DNA of 64,000 nucleotides. It comes from Tubiluchus corallicola (lineage: Eukaryota > Animalia > Priapulida). The stretch covers positions 1 to 64,000 of the forward strand of contig JAQGDQ010000502.1 of NCBI GenBank assembly GCA_030141605.1, in the 5' to 3' direction. Below the pieces are notes generated by a model. The model was given only the letters and a program-made list of their open reading frames with translations, was not told the origin of the DNA and ran no database searches. A program made the translations under genes and the position numbers. Shown here piece by piece: positions 25,601 through 36,900 of the stretch. Within the stretch, counting starts at the first letter, position 1; each line of letters opens with the position of its first letter.

Positions 25601-28600
25601 CACTTTTACAATTTTAACTAGTTTGCAAAAACATAAATTTAACCAATACAAAATTGCAATTTCAGGTAAAAATTAGTGGCCTGAGTTACGAAAATGCCAT
25701 ACCTTTAACCCTTGCCCTTCAGCGGATGGATCGACTGGCTCGGAAAGCTGCGGATGAGAATGTGATGATTCTCGTGGATGCGGAGTACACATACATGAAT
25801 CCAGCTATAGATGCGCTTTCTCTAACGCTCATGTCAAAGTATAACCAGTCTGAACCTGTTGTCTGGAACACTTATCAATGCTACTTAAAAGTAAGATTAG
25901 TGTGGTTGTTTTATTGCCCGAGTCGATTGGTAATCAAATTTTTTGCTCCATGTGTCGTGTTGAGGATGAATCTATATAATGTAGTCATAGCAACTTAGCA
26001 GTTATCAAAAAATGTTTATTTTTTAGTTAGACTGCTTTTAAAATTAAAATTTGAGTACTCATTTTGAAAGTAATCATTTTGAATTTTTGACTAAGTCAAT
26101 TAAAGTGATTCGATATTCACTATTGCACATTTACATTTCGTTTCTTACGTGAGACTAAGTTTAAGTTTTAGTTTAAGATTTTAGTGCATAAACTGTCTCT
26201 GGTCTTAGTAAAAAAATCAAGGTTGCATTGCACGGTAATTGGGAATTTTGCCCAACAGATGTCACTTCTTACATGTGGCATATATACCGTTTTCCATTAA
26301 CAAAATAGTCCCCTGTTTGAGAATGGGCTGTATCCTTGTGGAGGACTTCAAGGTGAGAAGCATGTTTTAGAATACACGTTTTTGCAACTTAATAGTCTAA
26401 GAGCCCGTGACGAAATAACCTCCTCATCAATAACAAGATTTTCGACCCTACCTATAGGCCTTTTTTTGGGGTACCTATTTTGTGGCATACTCCCTGAAAA
26501 CCCCACTCCAATTGTGTCATTTGGGTAATCATTTGTGGAATGCGAGACTCGCACCTACATTACGCAGTGGTCGAAAATTGTGTCCCAATTGGGAGGTTAT
26601 TTCTTGGACTATAATGTTACTATAGACTATAGTAGAAACAAAGATAAAAGGAGAAATGTCAGTTTTAGTGAATGTGAAGGTTTGCACTGCGATTTGTAAT
26701 TCATATGTCATGTTTGTATTCTTTCAGAAAACTTACGCAAATCTTTGTGGGGACCTGGCGTTATCCGAGAAACTCGGTTTTTGTTTTGGAGTGAAACTTG
26801 TACGGGGAGCCTACATGGATCAGGTTAGATGCACAATTCTTTATTTTCACAAATATTTCATTTTTTTCTAGATGCTTCTTCGGAGCAGTGTCATGTGTCA
26901 CTGCATCATTCGAAAATGTTTCATTTAATCTCATACAGGTCACTGTTAGTCTCGCAAATACCGTCACAGCAACTGAGATAACTACCGTATTTTCCCGTGT
27001 ATAAGAGACCCTTTTTTGCTCAGAATTTTCACTTTAAAAATAGGGGGTCTCTTATACATGGGAGTAAGTCTTTTCAATAAGATGCATAAATTGTGACACT
27101 AATGATTTTAAAGAAATAAGTGCTCTACAACTGTTTTGCGTGTCGCGTTCGACTATGAAGCGGTTGTAAGCAATACAAGCATCATGACACAGGCATTATC
27201 TCCGCGTTTTCTCTTTTCCTGTTACAGGTTTACAGGTACGCACTTTAATATATACCAGTACTCTTTTTCTACAACACATTAACTGGTTTTATTTTGTTTT
27301 CAGTACCGCACTGAGTTGAAAAAAGTTGTACTCTACCCTCTAAAAATGTCCGTCTGAAAAAACTTTTTTCCAGAATTTTTGCCTAAAAATTGAAGGGGTC
27401 TCTTATGGTAACCAGCAAGGGTCTCTTATAGCAACGGGAAAATAAAAATTATGACTGCATTTGTTTACCGTTGGCTTATGTTTACTGTCATAAACTTTTG
27501 GTAATGCTCAACAAAAAGTCTTTTCGCAATTCCAGCGATTGATGATGATCATGAAAAAGTCAAAGGTTAAGCGTACCAGACAACGCATTTGTGTACACTT
27601 GACAACGCCTCGGAGACTATGCTATTGTAATGGTAACAGTTTTAACAGCTAGCTAGAACCTTACCTAGTTCATTTTTTCTTGTTCCCAAGCAAGATCCTG
27701 TTAATAGATCACTCTACATCGCACAGCGTAATGCATAATTAAGTAAAGTCCACGTGAAATAACTGAAGTTACCAAACTGATTCGGCAGACGGCTTTGCTA
27801 CGGCTGTTGTAGTTAAGATGCGTTGCTGTGGTACACTTAACCCTTGGCCTGCAGCAGCTGCGCACGCGCACAGCGAAACTGTGAAAAGGCTTATTGCCAG
27901 GCTGTCAGTGCAATACCTCTGTAATAAGATCATCTTAAACAATGCCTAGAATCTGGTAGATATGTAAGATTATGAGTTTGAGTTGGTGAACTCTTGTTTT
28001 AATGGCCAACTGCAACTCGTAACCCCGGGTTTTATGTGTTATTTGAGAATGAACTGGTCTTGCTTAAAGAGTCTTGCAATTACTGACCAATACCAATAAT
28101 TTAATACAGCAAATCTTTGCTGTCGGAACATGGACATAATTTTCAACTTCACTTCCCTTTTTGGTACATAAATCAAATTCGCGCAGAATGTTCTCTTTCT
28201 GTAAAGTTCATCATTCTACAATCTGGGATGTAGCAAATTGTAGGAGGGCCTTTTTAGTGTAAATGATTGTGGTAAGACGAGAATCTAGCTCATTATCAAG
28301 AATTACCGCCACCCATCTATTCACTGACCAGGTTGCGGTACTTATATCTGGCCTAGGCACACGCCGTGGCCTCTCAGTTATTCTATTTATGACATTTTTA
28401 CATTATTTTAGGAAAGGGCGATAGCCAAGAAGAATGGGACACCTGATCCTGTCCACGACACATTTGCGGCAACTAATCTCAGCTACCAGGGGGCAGTAGC
28501 AATGATATTGAATCATGTGGCTAAGCTGGCACCACGGTGTAAAGTAATCATTGCTAGCCACAATGAAGAGTCCATCAAATTTACCGTAAAAAGGTGTTTT

Positions 28601-31007
28601 TTATTTATTCACCAAAACAAAGGTTAAGGTCAGTCACTAGGTTTTTTTAATGTGTTCAGGATTAGTTTCTAAACATTACAGTAAGACCTGAATGCCTTTG
28701 AAATTTCTGAACAGCTTAGTGAAGAGCACTGCTAGAATGGTTTCTGAATGCTTTAGCATTTGAGAACATTAAAGTTTACACAGAAGTGTTGGCTAGATTT
28801 GATGAACAAACTTCCTCTAACAGTCAACCACTGTCACATTACTAATCCAGCAAATTATTATTTAATTAGTTTTTCATGCTATTATGTGATTCTAAATTGT
28901 TCTACATGCACTAGCTTAGTAATCATGAAAATATTTGCTTGTTCGAATAATGTATAGACCACTGCCGATACCAATGTTTCGTCTTCTTGTAACCCACTAT
29001 TAAAAAATTTAAAAAATTACAATTCACTCATATCTCGGTTTGCCAGACAAAAGTTGAGAGACGTCGGTCCGAATTTGCTGATTGTCCGTATTTACCGATA
29101 CTAAACAAATATAGTAGGCGCATGTATAAGATTCACGGTAATGTAGAATCAATCGCCTGATTGTCTCAAAGACGTCTATTACCAACCGCTCCTATGCAAA
29201 AGCATATAAAAACTGTCGGCTATTGAGTCAAATAACTCCGCATAATTGACTCTATATTTTTATAAATAGAGATATACACGTAGTTACACTGATGAAGTGA
29301 TGTAAACAACGTGACGGCCTGCCAGCTAGTGGTCACTTTGCGAAACAGACTGTGTCTACAGATTGTGTCTGTAGTATTCGAGACTTAATGGTCCAGATTT
29401 TGTGCGATTCTTCCGATATCGATAAAAGCGAGGTCCGGCAAACCGAGATATAAGTGTATATGCTGGAAACTGGCAAATATACAGTAAGCTGCGCATATCA
29501 TTATAGGCTTAAATCATATTCTGATTTTTCTGCTATAACTGTCACATATAACTGTTAGGGCAATAAACTTATGTAAAATACTGTGCAGTAAATTTCTGAA
29601 GTTTTCGCACGTTGGTAGTAATAAAAAAAATCTAGCAAAAAACTAACCAGGTTTTTGGTAGCTAGTTTTAATTACTTTAGAATAAGTGTTTCGTTCCTGG
29701 TAATTTATTTCACATAATGAAGAGGAACTGGATTTGATAGAAAAACACGTTACAGCAAAATTCCGTTCTGAAAGTGAATTTAATTTATTTTAACAGGATG
29801 GAGGAACTAGGAATTGACAGGAAAACTGGGCTGGTCTATTTCGGTCAGATATTTGGCATGTGTGATCATGTTTCATGTGCTCTGGGTAAGTTCGAGGTTG
29901 TACAAGGCAAATTAGTTTAAGAGGGTGTGAAACAGTCTCAGCATTTTTTGTTATTCACTGGAGCTGTGCATTTGACCTTGCTTGGTTGGGTTTGATCATC
30001 AAGGAGCAGCAGCCCACGTGCGAATTCTAGTGGGGATCCTCCGGGTGTGGTATGGATTGTGTGTACAGCCTTAACGAGTCTATGTTGTTTTGAATTCTAG
30101 TCGGGATCCTCCGGGTGTGGTATGGATTGGGTGTACAGCCTTAACGAGTCTATGTTGTTTTGAATTCTAGTCGGGATCCTCCGGGTGTGGTATGGATTGT
30201 GTGTACAGCCTTAACGAGTCTATGTTGTTTTGAATTCTAGTCGGGATCCTCCGGGTGTGGTATGGATTGGGTGTACAGCCTTAACGAGTCTATGTTGTTT
30301 TGAATTCTAGTCGGGATCCTCCGGGTGTGGTATGGATTGGGTGTACAGCCTTAACGAGTCTATGTTGTTTTGAATTCTAGTCGGGATCCTCCGGGTGTGG
30401 TATGGATTGGGTGTACAGCCTTAATGAGTCTATGTTGTTTTCATTCCCAATGCCTCAACTTGATACGAACATGAGAACAAATTATTATACCTTTCCAATT
30501 ATAGCCCCTAAAATGTTTTACTCGAATGTATTAGCTTTAAGCATTTAGCCATAAGCTTCGTGTCACATTTAAATTTGTTACAAGAAGCATCTGCATTGTA
30601 ACTATGTATAAAATGCAGTTGTGGCAGGACTTACCAAAGTTTATATGATTATATCAGCTGTGCTGTGTCACCATGATTCACTGAATATTTACGTTAGATA
30701 GAGCTGAATACTAGGAAGTGAATTACAGATTTCCCAGAATCTCAGTTACAATCATGAGGTAGTAGTCTACCATTGTAAAGTACTAATCCTTAGAAATACG
30801 TTTCCAGGACAGAGTGGTTACCTTGTAGCAAAATCTGTACCGTTTGGACCTGTAAAGGACACTTTGCCATATCTTAGTAGGAGGGCTATGGAAAACCAGA
30901 CCATCTTTCCCACTTCCAGGATAGCAAAGGAACGTCTTCTGTACAGCCAAGAATTAAAACGTCGCTTTGGTGGTAGAGTGACCTCGGCTGGTCATAGTCC
31001 GGCTTAA
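20243..31007 (+). CDS. PRODH2: Hydroxyproline dehydrogenase-like (proline dehydrogenase 2), mitochondrial flavoenzyme (9 exons, 504 aa)
   Basis: Exons 20243-20563, 21152-21342, 24222-24348, 25104-25187, 25666-25890, 26728-26823, 28412-28593, 29797-29885, 30808-31007. GT-AG, in frame, 1515 nt. Motifs [78 protein letters not shown] and Ser in KSVP are PRODH2-type rather than PRODH1-type. Confidence 0.88.
22235..23080 (-). mobile_element. L2-clade LINE 3' end with (TAA)n tail
   Basis: The minus strand at about 22935-22830 encodes GTRAFFHAARMAWNSLPLNIRSC...FKK. The element ends GGGCGCTATACAAATTCCATG followed by about 35 TAA units (22235-22339), the usual L2 3' stem-loop plus tandem tail. (TA)n tracts lie at 22497-22610. 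Confidence 0.75.
23474..23906 (+). mobile_element. Family A full-length copy, TTAA-flanked (Kolobok-like)
   Basis: TTAA|AGGGGAAGAAAA ... TTTTCTTGTCCT(T)|TTAA. The internal sequence matches the other copies. Confidence 0.75.
24593..24990 (+). mobile_element. MITE family C (about 395 bp)
   Basis: Ends AATAAGCCTTTTCACAGTT ... AACTATGAAATGGCTTA. Colinear with copies at 27515-27894 and 47624-48018. Confidence 0.85.
26985..27445. mobile_element. pogo-family non-autonomous element (family D), opposite orientation to the 49783 copy
   Basis: Starts TA|CCGTATTTTCCCGTGTATAAGAGACCC. Both arms are near-identical to the reverse complement of the arms of 49783-50242, but the interior differs. Confidence 0.85.
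27515..27894 (+). mobile_element. MITE family C copy
   Basis: Colinear with 24593-24990. Right TIR AACTGTGAAAAGGCTTATT. Confidence 0.85.
29025..29456. mobile_element. MITE with 24-bp TIRs
   Basis: CACTCATATCTCGGTTTGCCAGAC at the left end and GTCCGGCAAACCGAGATATAAGTG at the right end (2 mismatches). Confidence 0.75.
30022..30441. repeat. 70-bp tandem repeat, 6 near-identical copies
   Basis: Unit GAATTCTAGTCGGGATCCTCCGGGTGTGGTATGGATTG(G/T)GTGTACAGCCTTAACGAGTCTATGTTGTTTT starts at 30022, 30092, 30162, 30232, 30302 and 30372. It lies in the last PRODH2 intron. Confidence 0.97.
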
Positions 31008-32666
31008 GTTTAATTCTCCTTTTACATGGGATTACAGCAGGTCATCAGATGGCAGGATACAGGCTATCACTGCACTATAGTAACAACTTTTGATGTCACT
31101 AACATACGACAAAACAGCAGTTAATTACATAATGAGCCTGTACCGTTATTATACAAGCTGAATTTGTAAAGCAGAGACAATGATCAAACTGCAGTCCCAG
31201 TTTATTAGACACGTGTAAATTCAGCATCCCCAGAACAGGAGCTCTTCTGTGTAGCTTTAATAGTTCAGTGCTAATAAGTGGCCAATAAAAACATATTATG
31301 GATACAGTGAAGTGCGGGAATATGGACTCCTTAAGTAAAAATTGGATTTGCAAATGTACTACATGTACAACTGTATTTACAGCAATTTTGGCATCTATTT
31401 TGAAATCCCTGTGAGGTGATGTTGTAGCGGATTCTCAGCGCCAGATATGGATTCCTTGACCTTGAAAACCTATGTCTAGGCACCTAAATCATCATCCTGT
31501 CTTTTTAACAACTAAGGCATAAACTAGTTGCATCCACCTTGTCAGCCATTTTGAAAATAACAGCCATTTTGGATCTGAGAATTGTTGAATGAAAAGCATA
31601 AATAAATTTCCCATGTCACAGTACACTGGAATTCATGTACTAGTTGACTATCTACGTTACTTCTTAAGGTAACTAGGATATTTTATATATTCTGATATTA
31701 TTTTGGTGGCCATTTTGTTTTGTGCTAACTATATTATTCAGCATCACAAGGACAGGAGTTCTTCTGTGTCTAGTGCTAATAAGTGGACAGTGAAAAACAC
31801 ATGTATACTTGTTTTCAAAACAATAATAAGTATGTCATTTTAAAGATATTGTGTTGCTTTGAAGATAATTATGCAAAGTTATACATCCATGTTGCTCAAT
31901 TTCTTCTAACCTGAGCTAGTCATTAATTTTTATTAGTCTAGCGATAATGAGATTAATTAATCATATATGCAATATAGTTTTTTTACCATAGCTATGATTG
32001 GTCGTACCAGCATAGTTGGCTAATGAAATTATAACAAATAGTGCATAATGTATTTTAGTAATGACAAATTGTTGTTTGTTGTTTATTTCTATGAAATTTC
32101 TTTACCTGTATGTTGTATTTATATTGCTAAGCTAACACACGATAAAAGCAATGAGATCCAAGATTTTTGTGGGCAGGAACAACATTTTTATTTGTAATAA
32201 TGTATTTTTAAATGTACAACAAAGAACTCTTGATGTTTAAAATATGAATAAATATTAAACCATATATTATCTAAAGGACATTTTGCAGTTTTGTCAACAA
32301 TTTGTATTCAATTTCAAAAAATATAACACAAAAATACACGTAAGAAAACACGTATTGTATCAGCACGGGAAATACACTGAGTTGAGCAATAACAGACTAG
32401 CGCATTTCTTACTATGCACTGGAAGCTAGTACTCGAAGAAATATACTTCGCTACAATTAGAAGTACAAAAAACGGAAGCAAATAACATACAAATGCTGTA
32501 TTTTTATGCAAAATATCACCCAACTATTTTGGAAGTTTACTACACAATGGGGAACTGCAGTCTTTGCTACCGCTGTTACAATTTGCTTTTTAAATCCATT
32601 TCTATGTCAAACTAAAGTACAAAACTATCACAGCAACAAACCAACAATGAACATTAAGCCCCAAGG

Positions 32667-33118
32667 GTCTTGTCTTCAGACCGTTTTGGCATTATTCAAT
32701 GTCTTGTCTTCAGACCAATTCGTTTTGGCGTTATTCAAGGTCTTGTCTTCAGACCAACTTTTGTAGCGTTATTCAAGGTCTTGCCATCAGACCAACTTTT
32801 GTAGCGTTATTCAAGGTCTTGTCATCAGACCAACTTTTGTAGCGTTATTCAAGGTCTTGTCTTCAGACCAATTTGTTTTGGCGTTATTCAAGGTCTTGTC
32901 ATCAGACCAACTTGTTTTGGCATTATTCAGGATCTTGTCTTCAGACCGTTTTGGCGTTATTCAAGATCTTGTCTTCAGACCAACTTCTTTTGGCATTATT
33001 CAAGATCTTGTCTTCAGACCAACTTCTTTTGGCATTATTCAAGATCTTGTCATCAGACCAACTTCTTTTGGCATTATTCAAGATCTTGTCTTCAGTCCAA
33101 CTTTTTTCGGCATTATTC
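32667..33118. repeat. About 39-bp minisatellite, about 12 copies (33/38/39-bp variants)
   Basis: Unit TCTTGTCTTCAGACCAACTTCTTTTGGCATTATTCAAGA, between the convergent 3' ends of PRODH2 and PRODH. Confidence 0.95.
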
Positions 33119-33966
33119 ATAGTCTTAGCTTAATGACTTTGGTTTTCGCAAACTTGATCTTGATTTTTGCTAATTTTGCAAATTTTATCACAGAGACTTA
33201 AATAATGAGAATTTTCCTGGATGCTTTTCACTTTATCAATCCAAACAACAAAAACTATATCGCAACCATATCCAATCAAATCTACAAGCAGTGCTTTAAC
33301 ATACCAAGAATCATCTATTTTACACAGGTAAGAACTTATAAATGCTTGTATTCTAGTAGTACCATTTTTCAGACCTAATTATGCTGAAATTTCGCTTATC
33401 ACAACTACATTCACAAAAGTATCTAAACTGCAGAGTGTACAAACTATTAATACATTACTACATTATTTGTACAAAACATATTTACAGAATTAGGCAAGAA
33501 GCTATGAGGTTTTTTCAAATGATGCGAGAATTTAAATCACATTGCACAAACCTACTTTCAACTTTCTAAAGTCCATTTGTAAACAACTGATCAATTACAT
33601 AGGCATATGGGGGATGACTGCTTGGGTGCATTGCAGTACACAGAGCCATCCTATCATACAACTTTCATAATTAAATTATGAAATGATTGCAGCAAACTAT
33701 ATAAAATCAAAAGTTAGTTGGTATACAATCGATAAACAGCAAAATTTTGAAAGTTATTTACACAGTACACAATTTGAGCAATGGAGGACGAAACCCAAAC
33801 AATCTCCATAATTACCACTACCATTAGTAACAAATAAATGAATATTAAACTCACGTGAGGTAAGTTACTTATGAATTACAAGAGATCAACAAGCTTTCGG
33901 GTAACATTTATGCACGAGATTAGTTTATTATCACAGACTAAAGCATTAAAACTATTTCTACACAAA

Positions 33967-36900
33967 CTATTTTCTTGCTAGGTTTGGCGTATGTGAATGC
34001 CCCTGCGAAAAGCCGGAGCTCTCATTCTGGGCTTCCAAGGGAAGCCGCCACACCCACTGGCCGCATTTTATCCGTCGTTTTATCTCTTCCCACATCAAGT
34101 GACGTTCCTTTTGCGCTCCTTTTAGCAGCGATCTGTTCTCTTGAGCTCGCCGTGACAGGTACGGCAACACCTTTTCTACGGGTCCGTAGGGAACGTACTT
34201 GTACACCGAATAACCGGCTTGACCTGTTGAAGAATTGGTGCAAATAAGACGACTTCAAATGATCACAAAAAATTCAAGTGCTAAGTTTAATGAAAATGTG
34301 AAATGCTACAGCGCCAGCCACAAAAACTAATAGTTCTATGTTAATGCTGCTTGTATATAGGCTGCTTGGCCTATGCAAAAGAGTACTGCTGTTTTCTTCG
34401 GCATTGGAGAATAGTTTCTGATTTTTGAGACAAAGTTAGTATGCTACACTGAACGATTAACATATTTTTTCTCACTTAAATCCTCACTTAATGACACTAA
34501 TGCATTCCAGCAAAATCATTACGGGAAACATCATTAAACGAAACCAGCATTAAATACGCAATTTTTAAATAATACTTAGTTCGTATAAATTGAGCATTTT
34601 ATGGGTTTTATACATATTCTTTAATTTTCTTCTACTTGCCTTGAACCACCTATCGTTTTTACCTACACCTTTCCCCTGCTTCTGTTTCAAGCTGCATCTC
34701 AGCACAGGCTGGTTTGAATCTGCTGTCTTAGTGCAACTGTTACACGTTGCTGCTAATGAAGTAGTTGATTTTACAGCTAAGTAAAACGTTACCAGGACAA
34801 TATCGTCCACGTACCGGAAAAAGGCTTTGAGCAAAGTCAAAAAATCGTCGTTAAAATGAAACATGCAGCGTCATTAAGCAAAGAAAAATGTCAAATATTG
34901 AACGTCATTAAAACGAAATGAAATAAATGAGGCGTCGTTAAGCGAGGACTTACTGTATTATAAAGCAGTAAAGCTTGAAGTACAAATAATTCAAATATAG
35001 GTGGTTGTAGGACAGTGCTGACTATAGTAGAACAAGGCCACCTTACCAGGTAATCAATCATGCCTCAAGTGTTCAAATGTACTTCACCTAATATTACTGA
35101 TAACTCTACATTGGTAGGTTAAGGTAAAGCGATGAGCTTTGAATGTGTATTTTACTAAAAAATTGTATCTATAAAACATTAACCATTACATGAAACTATT
35201 GCCATCTCATTAAAATTAGTTGCTGAAACAGAAGAAAGGTAAAAAAAGAAGAAAACAATCCGGAAGGGAGAACTTACCAAGCGAAAAACTGACTTGATCA
35301 CACATGCCTAGCAGCTGTCCGAAACAGATGACCTTATCTTGCAGTCCAATGCCATACTCTTGCATCCTGGAATATAAAAAAGCCAAACTAAACATTCCTT
35401 CAAGCAAAACACATACTTGGAAAGCATGGAGAAGAAATGCTCAATCATTTCCTGCCAAAAAATCTTGTAACAACGGCGAAATGTCATTTGCTTTCATCCC
35501 CACCCCCTACACTGTAATGGTTCCATCCTTTACGCAGTGGCATCTACAAACATGCTGGGGTGTAAGGGTTTCGCTGGCCCAGTAAGTGCTTTTTACTATC
35601 TCAGCACCTGTTCCACGAGTTCCATCAGTTCCACTAGGATGCGAAAAGAGCAACCTGGCAGTTTACATATAAATTTTGTTAATTTTACATATTTATCTAG
35701 TGATTTTCAGTATAACTACATTAACCATACGTATCAGCACTACCTGGTTTCGTTACAATAGTTTATTTATGTTACAAAGGCTCAACACAGGGCATTATCA
35801 AACACAACTTGCCAACAATTAAGAACTTTCCAATTCAGTTTCTGTCCTTGTGCACATTTGCAATTTGTGAACACATTTTACTTTGCAACTTACTTTTCTA
35901 TGACCATTCGTACGGTGTCCTCGTTGTGTGTCGCCATCATGATGGCGACGTTTGTGCCGCCTCTCTCTCGTATGTGTTGCATGCACAAGTCGACGACTTT
36001 GGAATAACTTTCGTTAGTGGCTTCGTAAGTAGGGCAGATTGGATCCTCATAGCTGAGAAATTGTGCTCGGTGACGCTCCTAAAAATTTTTGGGATCAAAT
36101 CTGAATGCTACTTTGTCAAGTATATGTTAGAATCACTCATATAAAAACAGCAATGAAAAATATGTAAAAATACAATAAGTAAATATATTTTCAATTTAAG
36201 CTAAAACAACTTCATTTTAAAAACGTGTTAGGAAACGCTAAATTGCTGATGTATTTCTTCTGTTACCAGTACAGCGGATATTTCATGACCCCCATAAAAC
36301 AATCAACATTTCTTCTAATAATTTTATTTTCACAATGTTGAGAAATAGGTTAAAATCTCGACATAAAAAAAGAGAAGACATGGGATTGATATTTAATGAT
36401 AAGACATTTGTGTTTAATAAGAATGGCGTCGTGGAATTTAAATTCCATCAGAGGAAATGGCATGCCGCAGTGAAGGATTTGTGTTTAATTGGGCCATAGT
36501 CTGAAAATAGGGATTCCAGTGTTCCTTTGGAAAAATCCTTCTACTTTTTATATGAAAAATCCAGATTAGAAATCATATAATACTGTTTAATTTCAAATGA
36601 TCATAACAGCAACAGTTCACGCTACATTATACAATACAGTAAAAGTTGGTACATTTGATAGACACTTTATGCAAAACCTGCTCCTCTAACAAATTGCTGG
36701 AACACCTCTAAACCAATGAGGTGGGCTAAAGTGTACAGCCAAATCATTTTAAAGTGATAATTCGTACAAAACTGTGCTAACATGGCAGTATCAAACTAGA
36801 GGTCGCTGTAAAAAGCACTCAGTCACACAAGCAACTTACCTGGTCCATGTATGCACCCCGAACCAACTTTGCCCCGAAATAAAAATTCATCCTCTTCGAA

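Noticed and set aside
30022-30441. CRISPR array or cloning-vector polylinker (EcoRI and BamHI sites)
   Set aside because: The units are contiguous with no unique spacers and no cas genes, in a eukaryotic intron. No other vector sequence is recognisable.
32506-33201. ORFs with repeated peptides (VLALFKILSSDQL, FGIIQDLVFRPTS)
   Set aside because: These come from the 39-bp (13-codon) minisatellite. Frameshifting 38-bp units break them and there is no splice or domain evidence.
33975-34258. Alternative-frame and antisense ORFs over the PRODH last exon
   Set aside because: Shadow ORFs of a relatively GC-rich coding exon, with no independent evidence.
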